Of a stretch of DNA of 64,000 nt, positions 61,206 to 64,000 are shown piece after piece. The number at the start of each line of letters is the position of its first letter. The stretch's first letter is position 1. This DNA comes from a virus (taxonomy: Duplodnaviria > Caudoviricetes), in IMG/VR virus record IMGVR_UViG_3300005713_000004, positions 1 through 64,000 of that record; one strand, given 5' to 3'. The notes under the pieces are model-generated. The model saw only the letters and a list, made by a program, of their open reading frames with translations. It searched no databases and was not told the DNA's origin. The position numbers and the translations under genes were made by a program.

Positions 61206-62680
61206 CAGCCGATCACCTCCCCCCACGTCTCGAACGCTTCGAGCACCTCGCCCCACGTCTCGTACTGTTCGAGCAGGATCGCCCACGTCATCCCGGACCC
61301 CACGACCGACGGCGGCGGCGGCGCAACCTCCGTGACCTGGACCTCCGTGATGTAGGTCCGGCCGTTGCGCGCCTTCCCGATCCGCCGCGCCCGGATCGAG
61401 CCGATCGCGACGTACATCGACGGGAACGGCACGGACTCCGGGACTTGCAGGAACGCCGGGGCGCCCTGCGTGAGCGCCCGCTTGAGCGCGAGCCGGTCCG
61501 CCTCCGTGTGGGTGGCGAACCGGACGGTCGTGGACACGCTGTCGTGCACGTCGGTCACCACGATGGGGTCCGACCGGCCCGCGACCCGGTGGACCACGTT
61601 GCGGCTCTCCTGCGCGAGTTCGTGGAGATCGGCGATGATCTCCACCTTGAGGTTCGTGTGCGGCGCCGGGATGAACTTGAGCCACGACTGGTCGAGCGTG
61701 TCTTCGAGGTCCGCGAACGCCGTTTGCACGACCGCCTGCGGCTGCACGTTCTCCGGGCTCGACAGCGCGTCGATCCGGTATTCCACGCCTCGCCCGGCTT
61801 GCCACTCGTAGTCGTCGACCCGGCGGACCGTGGTCCCGGCGGCGACGGCCACCTTCCCGCCCCGCACGGGCCGCCACCGGGACGTCCCCTTCGCGCGGCT
61901 GTAGACGATGACCCGGATCACCTCCTGCGCGAGCCCCTGGATATCGAGCCGGATCCGGCCGCGCCGGTCGTCGTACGTCGCGGTCGCGAACAGGCCCGTC
62001 GAGGCGAACGGCGGGAGCAGGTCCGCCGCGCCGGTACCCCGGGAGGTCCGGACACCCAGCCCGAACGCTGCGGGCGTGTCCACGACCGTGAGCCCGGTCG
62101 TGGGCGGGTCGGTGTCCCACGTCGAGGTCCCCTGCCCCGGAGTCCCGTCGTCCCAGACGGCGCCCGGCGTGTCGCCGTCGAAGTAGTTCGCGCCGAGCAC
62201 GGAGTACGCGAGCGCGGCTTCCGCCTCCGGCAGGGTGTCGAACTCCTCGACCATGTAGGCGGTGACCTGCGCCTCGCCCGTGATGTCGTTGAGGGTGCCG
62301 GTCAGCCGGACCGCGTTCACCGGGGCCTGTCCGAGCACGGCGAACCGGTTCGTGGTGTTCGCCGCCTGCGAGAACGTGGGGCCCTGCGTCGAGGGGGACA
62401 GGAACACGTTCCCGCCGGTGTACCAGTCGATGTTCATCTGTCCCGACGCGCACGGGGCGATGAACCGGACGGACACGGAGACGACGTAGTACTTCCCGGC
62501 GGTCACGGCCGCGCGGGTCATGGCGATCTGCCCGCTGCTGGGCGCTGCTGCGCCCCGGAACGCGGTCGAGCGCGGCAGGCTCGCGTGAGCGCCGGTGATG
62601 CGGTCCCACGCGGACGGGAACCACGTCGTGTCATCGACGCCGAGAGCGGGGTTGATCGCGAGGTTGCGGCGGATCGTCAC
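61205..62680 (-). CDS. distal tail protein with N-terminal carbohydrate-binding-like module
   Basis: NLAINP...YFDGDT module; directly downstream of the tape measure. Confidence 0.75.
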   Translation of the reverse strand: MTIRRNLAINPALGVDDTTWFPSAWDRITGAHASLPRSTAFRGAAAPSSGQIAMTRAAVTAGKYYVVSVSVRFIAPCASGQMNIDWYTGGNVFLSPSTQGPTFSQAANTTNRFAVLGQAPVNAVRLTGTLNDITGEAQVTAYMVEEFDTLPEAEAALAYSVLGANYFDGDTPGAVWDDGTPGQGTSTWDTDPPTTGLTVVDTPAAFGLGVRTSRGTGAADLLPPFASTGLFATATYDDRRGRIRLDIQGLAQEVIRVIVYSRAKGTSRWRPVRGGKVAVAAGTTVRRVDDYEWQAGRGVEYRIDALSSPENVQPQAVVQTAFADLEDTLDQSWLKFIPAPHTNLKVEIIADLHELAQESRNVVHRVAGRSDPIVVTDVHDSVSTTVRFATHTEADRLALKRALTQGAPAFLQVPESVPFPSMYVAIGSIRARRIGKARNGRTYITEVQVTEVAPPPPSVVGSGMTWAILLEQYETWGEVLEAFETWGEVIG

Positions 62681-64000
62681 TAGTAGCTCACCCCCGGCCC
62701 GGCTCCGGCGCGCTGGATCGTTTCCCGTTCGGAGTCGTCCACCTCGATCCGGACGATGCCCCGGAGTTCGGTGTCCCCGATGTAGACCCGGACGTCGGGC
62801 GGGGGCGTGTCCACGCTGCGGCCCATGATGTCGGCGAGCGCGGCGGACCCGGCTCCGGCGGCCTGCGCCGCCTGCGCGGTGAGCGAGGCGGTCACCGGAG
62901 CGAGGTCGAGCGAGAGCCCGGTCACGGGCGCGGCCATGTTGTCGACCGCTGCCTGTCCGAGAGCGCGGGCGCTCGCGATCACGTCGCCGGTCATGTCAGT
63001 GATGCCGAGCGAGAACCCGGAGCCCACGTTCCGTCCGACCGTGAACCGCATGAGCTTGGACGGGGAGGCGATCCCGAAGAACTCTTGCATGGACTGCCAC
63101 GCCGAATTGGCGAGATCCTGGGCGGCCTGCCCGACGGCACCGATTCCGTCCTTAATTCCCTGGACGAATCCGTCGATGATTTCCTTAGCGATATCAGCGA
63201 CCTTGCCGGGCAGTTCCTTAATCCACTTAATGAACTCGTCGACGAGTTCCTGTGCTTTTTCTCCCGCCTGCCGGACGAGGTCCTGGAATCCGTTTACGGC
63301 CTGCGTGATCATGTCGTTGATCCACGTCATGACCTGTCCGGGCAGCCCGGAAATAAAGCCGATCACGCCGGTGACGAGTTCGCCCGCCTTCGCGACCGCC
63401 TGTGTCACCATGTCGGTGAACCCGGTCACCACGTCCGTGACCAGCGTCGTTACCCACTCGATCGCGCCGGTCACGAGATCGGCGAAGAACTGGATCACCT
63501 GCGGGACCCAGCCTGCCAGGCCCGTAAGAACGTTGTTGATCAAGTCGAGGAAGAACTGAATAACGGTCGTCACGAATCCCACGACCGACTCGATAACCGC
63601 CGCCGCCATTTCGACGAACACGGCGATGATCTGCGCCGCGAACTCGATTATCGGAGTGATAATTGTGATGATCGCGGTCGCAATGGAAATGATCGCCTCG
63701 ACCATAGGAATGATCGCGGGGACCACAGAAATGAACGCATCGACCAGCGGAGGAATGACGGTGGTCGCCAGATTGGAAATAATCGGAAGCAGTGGAATAA
63801 GCGCCTGGACGAGTTGCGAGAACCCATCGACGATCACCGGGACCAGCGGAGCCACCGCGTCCAGCGCCCGCGACAACTGCTCCGCCACCACCGCGGCGAT
63901 CTGCTCGATCACCGGCCGCAGCGCCACGAACAGCGGTTGCAGCGCTTCGAGCGCCCCGACGAGCAGTTGCGAGATGATCCCGGCCGCTTGCTCGATCACC
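62680..64000 (-). CDS. tape measure protein, C-terminal part (5' truncated by window)
   Basis: Amphipathic repeats; FFGIASPSKLMR...GFSLG motif; start lies outside the window. Confidence 0.9.
   Translation of the reverse strand, partial: VIEQAAGIISQLLVGALEALQPLFVALRPVIEQIAAVVAEQLSRALDAVAPLVPVIVDGFSQLVQALIPLLPIISNLATTVIPPLVDAFISVVPAIIPMVEAIISIATAIITIITPIIEFAAQIIAVFVEMAAAVIESVVGFVTTVIQFFLDLINNVLTGLAGWVPQVIQFFADLVTGAIEWVTTLVTDVVTGFTDMVTQAVAKAGELVTGVIGFISGLPGQVMTWINDMITQAVNGFQDLVRQAGEKAQELVDEFIKWIKELPGKVADIAKEIIDGFVQGIKDGIGAVGQAAQDLANSAWQSMQEFFGIASPSKLMRFTVGRNVGSGFSLGITDMTGDVIASARALGQAAVDNMAAPVTGLSLDLAPVTASLTAQAAQAAGAGSAALADIMGRSVDTPPPDVRVYIGDTELRGIVRIEVDDSERETIQRAGAGPGVSY

Larger units (their letters stand above)
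859..62815. repeat. dispersed 10-bp motif CGTG(GA/TC)CACG, at least 49 exact copies
   Basis: Manual count: 27 CGTGGACACG and 22 CGTGTCCACG on the + strand. Confidence 0.9.
1..64000. mobile_element. Tailed actinophage genome (siphovirus-like; probable phage-plasmid), partial
   Basis: Tape measure, tail, endolysin, replication initiator, RecE-like nuclease and terminal HNH in canonical order on the minus strand; no host housekeeping genes. Confidence 0.93.

Noticed and set aside
61206-62624. N-terminal extension making the hub protein 1111 aa
   Set aside because: Overlaps the distal-tail gene in another frame and is low-complexity; the real start is the ATG at 61205
859-62815. The 10-mer as KOPS/Chi-like polar sequence or as host parS
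   Set aside because: No strand polarity (27 vs 22), and it differs from the actinobacterial parS consensus GTTTCACGTGAAAC, which I did not find

Overview
Very GC-rich (roughly 73-76% by eye) tailed-phage genome segment from an actinomycete host, probably a mycelial one; the exact host cannot be determined from the sequence. Read on the minus strand from 64000 downward it has the usual siphovirus order. First come the tape measure C-terminus, distal/minor tail genes, membrane/holin-like genes and an amidase endolysin. Then a rightward block of lipoproteins and hypotheticals, followed by a leftward early operon (XRE HTH, RecE-like exonuclease, recombinase, DUF2303 pair, replication initiator with internal iterons, helicase-loader-like protein, SLOG, DnaQ, truncated globin, WhiB). 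About 33 kb of accessory DNA follows, ending in an HNH gene next to the likely genome end. No integrase, CI-type repressor or ParA was recognised in the window. The accessory region carries a Streptomyces-plasmid-type conjugation module (HTH, TraA-like protein, TraB/FtsK ATPase, clt-like CGACCCG repeat clusters, DUF2637 spread-type protein), which suggests a phage that can also move by TraB conjugation. It also has about 30 related sigma70-type promoters, many driving single small genes. Some sit in covarying inverted repeats, some have a fixed-position GTCACCCGATCGG box, and some have rRNA-boxA-like leaders. Finally, the 10-mer CGTG(GA/TC)CACG occurs at least 49 times across the whole window. 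All family assignments are by motif recognition only; no database search was run.
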